Shown here: one piece after another, positions 47,201 to 54,800 of the stretch
How the letters are laid out: every line of letters begins with the position of its first letter
Numbering within the stretch: position 1 is the first letter of the stretch
IMG/VR virus record: IMGVR_UViG_3300021400_000091
Coordinates: 24,421-88,420 of that record
Source of the DNA: a virus
Taxonomy: Duplodnaviria > Caudoviricetes
Length of the DNA: 64,000 bases
Direction: 5' to 3' (one strand)
Notes under the pieces: generated by a model
What the model saw: the letters and a program-made list of their open reading frames with translations, nothing else
Told to the model about the DNA's origin: nothing
The model's database searches: none
Translations under genes and position numbers: made by a program

Positions 47201-48791
47201 TTAAATTTTTATTTTTATTAAACTCTCTAATCTTTGCTCCTATATTTAAATTTTTACTTTTTATTTTCTTAATTAAATTTTCAATTCCTGTTACATCTAA
47301 TACATCATAAGCATCATAAAATGTAGATTTAAATACATTTCTATATTTAAAATATGTTGCAACATCTGCAGTTGCTAACGGATTACTAACATCTAATTGA
47401 CCATCTGCAACATCAATAATAGTTTTGTCAATTATTGGCTGTGATAATGCTACAAATATTCTATTAGCTAAAGCTCTATCAAATAACATTTTATTATATA
47501 ATACACTAAATCCATTTAATTCTTTTATTCTACTTGCCATTTTTGCTATACTTTCAATAAAATCATCAGGACTATTAAAATTGCCAAGTCTTACTAATTG
47601 TTGAACTACAAATTTATAATTATAAAATGTTCTTACTCCTAAAGGATTATCTGTATCATAAGGCAATTTATTTTCTTCATTATTTATTGTAGCAGTCATA
47701 TCATCATAAAATTGAGTCAATCTAGGAATTGTAGATAACTCAAATTTAATAGCTGTATCTATATATTGAGTATAACTTTTGAAAACATTTTCATTCCAAG
47801 ATTTACTATATTCATCAGTTTCATCATTAGCACCTAATATAATTATAGCATCTTCAGAATTAAATGATTGTACATCATCGTCAAGATAATGAACTTGAGA
47901 ATTATTAAGAGAATCAATAAATGACTTACTTATATTAGTTAATGCTTGATTAATAGCAACTTCTTTAAAGAAATCTCTGCTATTAACACTAGCTAAACTA
48001 ACTAAGTTTGCAAAATCTCTAATTCTAAAATTAGATGAGTCTTCTCTATTTAAAGCATTAACAATATTTATAGCATCTATATATTTATATCCTCTTAAAA
48101 CTGCAATATCTTCAGTTAATCTTGCTTTCTCTCGATTTAACTCTTTTACTTCATCTTTAAATTTAGATTTATCTTCACCTTTTTTTATTGCTGAAGATAT
48201 TGCTCTTAGTCTTTTATTTATAGAATTATAATTAGCTATGGATTCTGTTAATTTCCTAGAATTATTAACATACGCATCTATTAGTCTTTGAGTTAAATCT
48301 TTATTTTTTTCTTTATAAGATGGGTCATTAATTATTTCATCAATCTTTAAAAATAATTGTTTTCTTAAATCATTAACAATCTTCTCTATAATTTTATCAT
48401 TAGTTTCTTGTTCCGATTCAGGAGAATTTATATTTTTCTGTAACTCTAATATAATATTAGAAGCAACATAATTAATAGCTGTAGCTTTAGCTACACCACT
48501 TGTAAATCCTCTTAAATTATCTTCATCATAAATTCTAACTATAGAATTTGTTCCGGTAGGATTTTGAGCTATGTATTCATTGATTAATTCTTTCTTTATT
48601 TTATTAATACCTTTCTCATCTAAAGCTTTCTGTAAATCTTCTCTTTCATATTTTTTAGCAGCAATAATAGAAAGAGCAGTTTCTATAGTTTTATACTTAA
48701 ATCCTAAACTTTGGCTAATATCTGATATGGCTTTAGCCAATTTGCCATCTATATCTCCAGGAATAGAGATAGAATACTTTTTACAACTCAT
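35226..48791 (-). CDS. Giant virion-packaged DNA-dependent RNA polymerase (crAss type), 4521 aa
   Basis: Catalytic GADFDVDS at 44010-44024, preceded by GYRIPTEGKQS. Size and position match crAss-like vRNAP. Confidence 0.9.
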   Translation of the reverse strand: MSCKKYSISIPGDIDGKLAKAISDISQSLGFKYKTIETALSIIAAKKYEREDLQKALDEKGINKIKKELINEYIAQNPTGTNSIVRIYDEDNLRGFTSGVAKATAINYVASNIILELQKNINSPESEQETNDKIIEKIVNDLRKQLFLKIDEIINDPSYKEKNKDLTQRLIDAYVNNSRKLTESIANYNSINKRLRAISSAIKKGEDKSKFKDEVKELNREKARLTEDIAVLRGYKYIDAINIVNALNREDSSNFRIRDFANLVSLASVNSRDFFKEVAINQALTNISKSFIDSLNNSQVHYLDDDVQSFNSEDAIIILGANDETDEYSKSWNENVFKSYTQYIDTAIKFELSTIPRLTQFYDDMTATINNEENKLPYDTDNPLGVRTFYNYKFVVQQLVRLGNFNSPDDFIESIAKMASRIKELNGFSVLYNKMLFDRALANRIFVALSQPIIDKTIIDVADGQLDVSNPLATADVATYFKYRNVFKSTFYDAYDVLDVTGIENLIKKIKSKNLNIGAKIREFNKNKNLIISILKKYLPTVDSDVLFNYINEDSLEQQQFRRINEVLSIVNNLVDAASKALNEFNRINKQNRDISFSNAFIRQSGGIIDGVAVKEQEYKKFDFSSLNIRALDASLITLSKIINRYSAISIELNSSNAEGNMSTNMMKNSYFGRFFQKLKMEEEIQDDTGQIVTIRSGLESIKNEVTKGESNGASNQYAYNPIYFGIRNAKGSTIVPGLFSRDGQNVVTTRNAHNILQSSLFDGVRDLGTVRSALYNTMSRSDYFLTQFLSFLHPARRVMNGTFSDTLEGHPRAEYFMRTPSDAPKNFTVQYFRLNDVELRASFTQHLTQELCDFITQLNNVLNANDDFSVREDTTGLIDRAHHDRGKIIKDGRLAGNLFKFNKLFKVGSLDVNERMVSSLSLYGEGKDSLIKYDSVSGKYRLNMNQLGKLFTIEDGKIKFILTKETKKIIGGIAGQWQSEFTKYVINNSQEFKDIIGKTVYEYNENDLVSFFLNSANMNMNFDMLFEGDTKFYRNARDFLKRTKEGQAGGLNYTGYNLSDESFDDVHDILDAEGLFIPIMIKKDGKLQESGMNARNGFRAITITNKINFAKSRHRLLNELKQIHINEGMSEIEATTAASKETIAYFEQGKFDDAQSYITFEEWIRRRFADGTIGDYQDIIQQIYEVRSGKRTRQEIDLSSIIKRIQVDKNFYFDHYYDTETQTYYPRQIKNAEFVIIPELLSDEGIKDESNDLIRLYNICVRNDIGQINTSETSKAAKKNVLTFWDNNGVVNKNFEEDIKNLSAIENFYYQYLWKQQEVPEHMKDKTNKAGVQIMKKVLDNLSNDETRSIAEDFMRNYVANIKQDFEYLLDNCGWKFDEKTGHIVNKDGSEDLDFTVFYEKALREAARLSMDSNFIEYFIPDPDTGKPKMPNYMNNTGSKIESIVQAIFNSTITRQTLPGWHAAQITDVGYSGELKYHPAVYKKDGETLSEEEYNKLDDKTGWNMEVEAYMEVYLPRWSSLIPKGKTSEEDKQILDQIAKEGLDIHIGYRIPTEGKQSVSVLKVVGFVDDGYGSTIVVPDEWVIQSGADFDVDSIYGICYEMYRDKYDMLHKIEFINPWAEDVSDEERENIIQKMYADYINERLVKRQNFVALDDIDREEIKESLKSNEKLKELRKAKNQFRFLDAKLSEKYNNLSKDAKERVDVATKYIESKTSNGNYSAADITRLRSRNIIAGLTQLLNSVTDETQKEKIESYIETQKQLLEQVNTLETLDKNNINYEAIRNKLYEDVVKENWDNYFAAMQSIAKENGIITYEEFKELPVEEMNTKQARNNKILDSIVAIMNNPSSRTENYATSNFRDITEAKIVLEKILGVDFTNSSPYDPFIQLRFMDDVMSGARLKAISVNYDTFASVANYTKALLGSETVDISYDLTREKDGKKVYNLESIQKAYNREGEIEVIRDKNNVPVKVIVHHSRIGWSETNKNVTDSIITVYNSETTAHTLDAVKEGSIYNLNEETFGAYKLLPMIGADYDTAIAFIMQPAITELNKINVGKKSPYFTESGKPIFTAIKQLYSRYYKTKKYVSWKEIEKTIKNDTELAKCFEQINFSLTEGRSILSGKSILDYNVLVSRLKKEKELNNKSDAEYTTMDFAIDLMTLIEFNRLSEISNNINQIMNDVKSDKFGAKQTVNETRKLYKDIIEHSYPRDSIEARIANTVVVEVKDQTIPLVQAVYPRDVENSGKVVIDRSKYMFLAAFLNYSTEAAIETNSQFFELESSKYDDIRTRLEERIGRKLTAEQYKDYTKYIVNYFYNSIPQITNPITVDDFGNIQFAEYDIDENESVFSKEMNRIVGYTTTSTNLFVQDINNPTREEIDKFRELTPAQKVIFIQTNFKRNGGLVFDNIEASVQRETINKLFGYSGQSIRFNSSIEFLEDLFIQFNSAFYNSNPLIKLAAIDLVKYAIVVDGMMFKKGGISRIITNKSLLGEDSTSLDIVPQLRAKVANSTSSELLNGEFLNLYLRSHSEVLPAYNLGYIRTVKPQPYQKAFIKSTNHTTFGLRHIMPGSNNNTKDTENTELLNRLELTIGEGENIQKLDGRYIKIVWTDKINDKRTQVTTIFKVRVAADNSIFLIPQPKLERGETTQYSYNKSNNRGFRVREFYDSFIDIYNTMVSKKGTILDVNDLDEFKSKLKEEGRKEETKIPENTLYTEYDATSNPNTLMEVLESKDKEKQLVKGGIQLLIDDIFNEKFGVIGEENSTSKMFTFNMNPYLRMLFPYNSKVKQVIRKEINGEMQEIEVTIVRGMRPSKLTSKNEHQRKIYDSRVGSKGISTITNEDGTKSKNTVSAGDCYMIEKDNTPTEDETYNASLYIDLDEYTTVGELDSEFNKQTATIVNVLHWLALGNDETASEFDRLMDINYVNSRLTESLEENTKVIYREASIYFRKVSNKLLHDMNNFELANGNVYSIDDEQLYKELQPNSEDYHRLVKLLLDARTFGHFIVNAKFSKDPTINKYIEDINKFVSNVKNSDLTLKGFENMFNIYYARFSSNPNIAQGILKLRDVFGDVSKLDMLVADISDVTHPEIQVITKIINAMNSEIQGVVIPEEIEKFEQELAELMKLPGEFRIDNIITSDGRWRTNYTDEFLRDKEKVIDRARDAVHKYGMYSMEWLDARIARDEWLLENTEQPILEDYYRRSLNNLKRIRLIAPELYLEYMKIQSRLYEDVYDESLSEEERIKLRVHLREQLNSLLSKTDEDGEEKSSQELRKVEALKDFLAARKNINAEYFTYEEYEGFQDDVDNYLAIRDRYDKKYATLTLNEKLDQFEEYREAYYWLKENVRFQLSDENRDKLEKAYFIITGASGGTSQDIIEILNDENAYDEFGRRDPRKLSDSALEKIKQKQLSRIKKIGGTSHNSLIKEVPKDIPLLNAKAKRELERVRARESGKPRDNSKKDEYIKKINAIIEPFFDKDNNTLDTVRMFKTLSKEERNRLNTMYIDLFDIPVQDGKINRQYYKLLFEEYVTKAYNNAAFKREQAKARRELSEDEYKEWLKMFADAKIGRKNGKVISLYTPKFQFFGYYVPTKEEYEDKEKAKALATINDMVERVPSEYYLDAEKQAIADGTYDEWYEKNHIFNQYTQRWEPLSIWTVPQYKGSAKDSIQRLPRYEAASRAAVKEKQNEKFSKFGDNFKDAGNPIYTSTTRMTEKERRIQEYLKSIVMKYASGNYQMEKFAAKGYLPRRYKKEYTAANFARDLLNIAGLAYYSTRNVKDHEGILDYTKQWTDNFEMMETLKTKGFKPMPDYPKREGKTKEEYQEELRKYREESRKIEAHNRELEKAVLDRDWINVIKDYIAGAIEYNNRHTMANTIFLLMEELKINKHYLINSKGKMERDSIRSIDTNEYKTEESKNAMEILENWARRIIYKDYNRHNVWRDIFDSFRTNASSRYIALNPYSGFANIATGYVNMTMEFFGNEYFTKADAIKAQAEYAKGGFSYLQDVLNFSGEERKNITNRINLIIHRFNIIDYDLKLETRPNDKMHNGMKHLRNIMFGTQSAGEHLMQNTVLIAMLNGTKIMRNKLNGNEELVSKEQYKRYNEIVALYNILQGDQKLLDAFEQYKRKKLGDKREMYKYAKFKYNFSIDFIKEVYYGSITGTKDKKILDKYLKEKERLDKEADEEFNDSRNKTLNQMIKVVNGKLVFDEKFKKYYGEFRERVIGVNKKIHGVYDKDGAALIEKYAFGANIMQFHKHLWTGFMKHYKNKGNFSERRGTVDRGMFTDIAHLLVQSMSIINNYNNARKDGTNPALAAFQAIVKSTIGLIPELYINYRFLPRHQKQNMKKIMGELIGMTVPIVVQAMIFSAFGGDDDELRDNNLASSIIYAMDRLMSETIAYNGYGTVQEAKTLWGSPVASGSAALDWIYLLYYGTETLMGEDLTIHSGPNAGDNRLNVVAKRLFAPTRVINRIKNIGKNNRYYRVGNKGISTKIAKALAGYENDYDSGVQYDYLNRDFNYTFDASQNDFNSSLNSW
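43318..43328 (-). repeat. CCCGTAGAGGG element, 2 mismatches (CCCGTGGAGGA)
   Basis: In vRNAP; reads LPVEE; flanks GAACTC and AATGA fit the consensus. Confidence 0.7.
46017..46027 (+). repeat. CCCGTAGAGGG element, exact
   Basis: In vRNAP; reads SLYGE. Confidence 0.95.
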
Positions 48792-48834
48792 ACATTATAA
48801 GATTAAACAGTATAATAAGAATTGATTTTATAAA

Positions 48835-48878
48835 AGTGCAAGGGATTGTAATTTTTTAGATTACAGCCCCTTTGCACC
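48835..48878 (-). terminator. Hairpin between the two giant genes
   Basis: GTGCAAGGG-ATTGTAAT/ATTACAG-CCCCTTTGCAC flanked by A runs. Confidence 0.5.
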
Positions 48879-48894
48879 AAAAACATATAATTTA

Positions 48895-51800
48895 TCAGCA
48901 GACAAATTTAACGAAGCCACGAGCCATAAGGGAGGCTAATTCTTGCCTTTGTTCTACATCTACTGACTTTAAAAACTCATTTTCACTAGAAAATTGTTCA
49001 ACATTACTTATAACTACTTCATTAGAATAATCATAAAAAATACTTTGAACTTCTTCACTAGTATTCACTTCATCTAAATCTATAAATTTAGATTCTGAAA
49101 TATCTTCAAAATCATCTTCCATTTCGAAATCTTCATCTATTTCTTCACCATCTTCAGTAAAAACAATAAATTCACCAGCTTTTTCATTTTCTCCCTCTAC
49201 GGGGGAATTTAAATTTTCTCCAGTGTTTGTATTATCGGTATTATCTGTTTTGTTTTCCTTATCGGCATTATCGTTATTTTCCTCTTCATCATTAAAATCT
49301 ATACCTTTATCATCAATCAATGTATCAACAAAATTAGTAATTTCATAATTTACTCCATATTTCTCATCACTAACATCTATAACAGCATATCCACCAGTTA
49401 ATGTAAATGGTATATCTTCTTCGGATTCAATTCTTCTAGTATCTTTATTATATTTTAAATTATCTCCATATTTAACTCCTACAACTATTAAAGCTTTTCC
49501 TAAACATTTTCCTAATTTATCTGTATTAGCATCAATAAATTTATTATATAAATCAACTTGTTTTCCATATTGAGGATGCGTATTTGGAAATTCTTGAATA
49601 GATTGTTTAGAACCATCAAAGTTTCTACTAGTTTTAAAGTCTAATATATAATAACCATCTTCAGTTAATATAATCATATCCATTGTTCCAGCAACAAGTC
49701 TTTTTCCATTTAAAGAGCCTTTATCATTTATATCTACTGTTCCAGCAACAATAGTTTGTCCTGTTATAATTTTAAATCTTTTTCCTCTTAAATTAAATTT
49801 ATCTAATATTTGTTGTCTTATATTTTCTGTTATTTCATTATATGCCTCTCTTTGTGCATCAGTAAGTTTATCTAAATATTTCAAACTTCCATTATTCTCA
49901 AATTCTGTAACTACATTATCTGGATCAATAGCGTTAGCATCAAAATATAATCTGAAATATTCATCAAGTTCTGTTCCAATAGGTCCAGCAACTTCAGGTC
50001 CAGTATATTCTGTTTTACTACCATCAGATTTAGCATTAGTAAGTCTTGTTACAGATATATCTATTTTGTGGTGAATTCCATTTGGGTCTACATATATATA
50101 AATATGATTTTTTTCCCAATCTTCTTCATTTTCACCTTGTTGTAATCCTTCAAATGTTTCATTTAATTCTTTTTCTTTTTCTTCTATAATTTTTCCAGTT
50201 TTTTCAAAATTGTTTTGTTTTGTGCCTTTTTCATTTCCTCGAATTTCTGCTTCTTGTACTTCTTTATTAAATGTTTCTCCAAATATTTCATATTGTCTTG
50301 CTAAGATAGTATTATTTTTTATAGAACCAATATTAAGTCCTAATCTATTAAGTATTTTTAACAAATTATCAAATATTCTTTGCCAAATTGTTTTCTTACT
50401 ATCTTCTATATTATCTATAGTAACATTTCCATATTCAGTATTATTAAAATATTTAAGTAATGCTGTTCTTGTCATACTTTCAACTATAAATTCCTCTGCA
50501 ATATAGAAATCGTCCTTGTCTTTATATACACCAGTTTTATTAACAACATTTTCAAGATAATTTTTTATCTTAGTTAAAGCATCTTTATTTAATCCTCCTA
50601 CATTATTTCCATTTATTATATCCTCATTTACTTTATCGTATGCAAATTTAGCTATTTTCAATAATTCATCTACAATTTCTTTTGCACTAGAATCATTTTT
50701 AGAAAATAATCTTTGTCTTCCGGCAAATCCTCTAGCAGATAATGCTTTATGTAATTGTTCATGTAATAATACTCGAACAAGATTATTTCTAGCATTTCTA
50801 CTTTGTCCAAATATAGTTCCTAAAGCACTTAAAGAAGATATTCTAATTTGTCCAGTTTTGTGGTCATATATACCTTCAAAATCTCCAAGTAATGGATTTT
50901 CTTTATTTTTAACTCTATCTGTAACACCACTAAATATAAATTCTTCAGGAATTAGAGGCAATGTAGTTTTTCCATCTTCATTAGAATAACCCATTAACTC
51001 TTTAATATAATCTTCTCTAAATCCTAATTGCTTTAAAAATTCTAGTGTATTAACTTTTTCATTAGGCTTTGGAATTTTTATATTTATTCCAGATATAGCT
51101 TCTTGTTCTCTAGTCTTGCTATCATTATCAACATCTAGATATAAGGTTTTAAATTCCGGAGTTCCATATATTAAACTTCCATCTTTGTTCTTTTTAGCAT
51201 GAGTTGCAAATGCTTTTTCTTTCATAACAAAATCTAAAGCACTATTGTATTTTTCACCCATTATATAAATATTTCCATCTTTTCTTTCTATATATTCATT
51301 ATCAGAATCCTTTTTAACTAAAGCAAATGAAGTATTAAATAAAACACCTGTAGATATTGTATGACCTAAAATATCTCCATTCATAATTGATGAAACTATT
51401 AAATCTACAGCGTTTATTTCTGAACCTCCAGCTATAAGTGTTTTATCAGCACTGTGAATAAAATTAAATTTAGTTCCAAAAGGATTATATGATACACCGG
51501 TTCTGCCATTATTATTAGCATTTTCATAAAATGTTAATATATTTGTACTATCTTCTCCTGTAGTTGCAAGAGCTATCATTCTTGAACCATTAGTTGTAAA
51601 ATCTATAACTTGATAACCACTGAATAATCCTTTTACTCCAAATAAAGAATTTAATTTTCTTTTTATTTCATCAAAGTTAGGAGATTTATCTTCATCACTA
51701 AACTGACTTTTTATAATATTAGTTAATTCTTCTTTCAATTTACCATATAGTCTTCCTCCGGTTCCTATCTTATTTTTCTTATTAACAAAAACCATACAAG

Positions 51801-54800
51801 GTTCATATCCATTTGCTTGAACATAACTTCCAGTGTCTATTAAAATTGCAAGTTCATTAATTCTTGATGATACACCCAATCTATTACCATTTTCATCTAT
51901 TATAGAACCATCTGCATCCATGTAAACTAATCTATTTTTAGGATTATTTGATACAACATCATTTACATTAGTTAATTCATCACTGGTATTTACATGTAAT
52001 ATAACTTGGTTTATCATATTTGTAGAGAAATTTTGTTTCTGATTTATATTAAATTTTTCTATAACTTGATAACTTCTATCATATTGATCCCAAATTCTAT
52101 ATTTCCATTTTTCATAACTAGTTTTAATTTCATCAGGACTTGCTGTTAAAATATAATCTGCAGCAGCGTCATCAGTTTTCCATGTATCAGCAGAATCTTC
52201 ATCAGTTTTATATAATACATCTGTTATTATTTGTATTATTCTACTAGCTTCATTTACTTCTCCACTAACAGTTTTACCTTGTATAGTAGTTTTAACATTA
52301 TCTCTATTAGAAACAGTTATTAATCCTTTCTCTTTTAATTCCTTTATTAATTTATTATTTAGTAATTTTTTTGCTTCTTCTTCTTCTAGAGCAACAAATC
52401 TATATTGTGAAATTCCTGATTTTATTCTTTCTCTAATTCTAAAAGCATAATTTCTACATATTTGTCTTAATTCCTCAGCTTCATCACTTGATTCGAAAAT
52501 TAGTGCATTAAAAAATTCATCAACATTAGCTGTAAATACCCCTTCACCTTCATTTGTAATAGAATAATTAAAACCTGTATTAGTTGAAGATATACTATAT
52601 GTTTTATTATTATTTGTTCTTGTAGGAGCAGCAATGTAACCAATTTCTAATGATTGTTTTTTACCTTTCTCATCTTTATATTCAATTATAAATCTAACAG
52701 AATTAGATTTATCACCATTTTGCTCCATTTTAATTTCTGGTTTAGATTCAGCATTTGGATTTTTTAAATCTAATAATAATCTATTTCTTAATTTATAATA
52801 TGCTATTCTCTTTTCTTCTGTGTCATATCCCATTCTACTAAGAGTTCCTACATTAGTCCTATTTATTCTTAAACCATTTACTATAGTTGCTTCACCTTTA
52901 ACTTGTGCTAGTTTTCTTAAATAGTTTCTTGGATTATTAGTAAATTCATTATTTATTCCTATAAAAACATATTTATCTTGTGATTTAATATAATCTTGTA
53001 AATTTTTAATTATCGTCAATGCTATATCAAAACTAATCTTTCTATCATTCAATAACATTTGCATTAATTTATACACATTTACAACTCTTTTTCCATTATA
53101 ATCAACTTCTGCTATAGTTTTTAAATAAGCTTCTAAGAATTTTTCTATTCTTTCATCAACAGAAGTTTCTCCCATATTAATTATTTTTGAAAATCCTATA
53201 GAACCCATTATACCTTCAGCTATATCATCAGGATTTTCATCTTTCATTAAATCTTTAGCTAAACTTATAGCACTATGAATAATACTATCCATTTTAGGAT
53301 CATAATTCATTCCAGAGTTTTCTATAGCAACTTTAACTTTATCAAATAGCTCTTTATATTCTGCAGAATTTAAATCAATTTCATCACCTAATTTTTTAAC
53401 TAATTCTTTATTTTCATCTAGTACATCATCAACAGCACTTTCTATTATAGAACCGGCTACAAGTACTGGGTCATATTCTTCTTCCCCATTATAACCTTCA
53501 TTTTTTGGTTTTTCTTTATCTTTAACTTCTTCATCTTTTTTATCTGGCAAAACTATTGTTCCATCACCTTCTTCCTCAGGAATAGGGTCTATAATAGGTT
53601 TCTTCTCTTCTTTTTTAGGTTTAGGCTTTTTAGTTTCTTTTGGTTTTTCAGTTTCTTTTGCTTTTTCTTTTTCATCTGTTTTTTCTACTCTTCTTTTTGT
53701 TCCATTTCTAGTTTCTATATTTTCTCTTTCTTCATTATTATTTTTCTCTCCAATTAATTCATTTTTTCTACCCATATATGCTGAATTAACCATATCACTG
53801 AAAAAATTACCTCTACCGTTTTGTAATAAATTTAGATAACCAATTCTTAGAGCATCAACTGCATCTTCTAAATCTTCATTAACTTGACCTGATAATATTC
53901 TATTCCATCTATCCTCTAATTCTTCAATCGTTTTTGAGTCTTGTAAATACTCCATCAAATCTCTAGTATATCCTCCCATTAAATTACTCGTATATCTCTC
54001 TAAAGTATAAGCATATTTGTCATATAAATCTTTATAATCTTGTTTTGTTGTAGGAGTTTCATTATCATATTGAGCACCTTCTACTTCACTAGTTACCATT
54101 CTAGCAACTTTTTTCTTAAATTCATCTGTTACATCACCAAACATATCATCATTAGTAACTATATCAAATATCTTTTTTACTTCTTTAGGTAATGAATTTA
54201 ATTCTTCACTATATGTTTTTCCGTAAGCTATATCTTGTAAATCACCAATGTCTGCATTTAAATAATCTATAGTAGTTTCTTCATTTTCATCATTTTTATA
54301 AGTATATTTCAATAATCCATGACTAGTTAAATAACTAGTTATAGCATTTATTTCTTTATTTATATCTTTAATATAAGAATTATATCCTGCTACACTTAAC
54401 TCTGTTGAATGACCAGTTGCCTCAAATTGTAATTGATTTTGATATATTTGTCTATACATTTCTAGTCTTTCAGAAGTTATTTCACCTCTTTTAGATTTTT
54501 CTTCTATTTCAGCCATTCGTGGTTCAGTAATTCTACCTTCATCTTTCCATAATCTAAAATATTCTTTTGTATTTATTAGTTGCTTTAATCTATTAAGTCC
54601 ATATCTTTTTCTATAATTATCTACATATTGTTGAGCTGTAGTAGGTTGTGCAGTATTATAATTATCATTTGTAACATCATCTGTATAATAATTTAATAAA
54701 TAATCATTATTTTCTTTTCTATTATTTAGTAATGTTAAATCTCTTGCTACCATTCTAGCTATAACATCACTATCTACATCTGTATTTTCTATAACATCTA

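Noticed and set aside
15864-48791. Introns, inteins or homing endonucleases in helicase, polB, primase or vRNAP
   Set aside because: The ORFs are continuous and I saw no intein termini or HNH, LAGLIDADG or GIY-YIG motifs.
13180-49203. The repeats as invertase (shufflon) crossover sites
   Set aside because: Inversion between them would break polB, primase, ligase and vRNAP, and no recombinase gene is visible in the window. Not fully excluded without read data.
6907-53820. Partial motif matches at about 6907, 7199, 8651-8664, 28520, 36000 and 53809
   Set aside because: Three or more mismatches in the core and flanks that do not fit the consensus; not counted.
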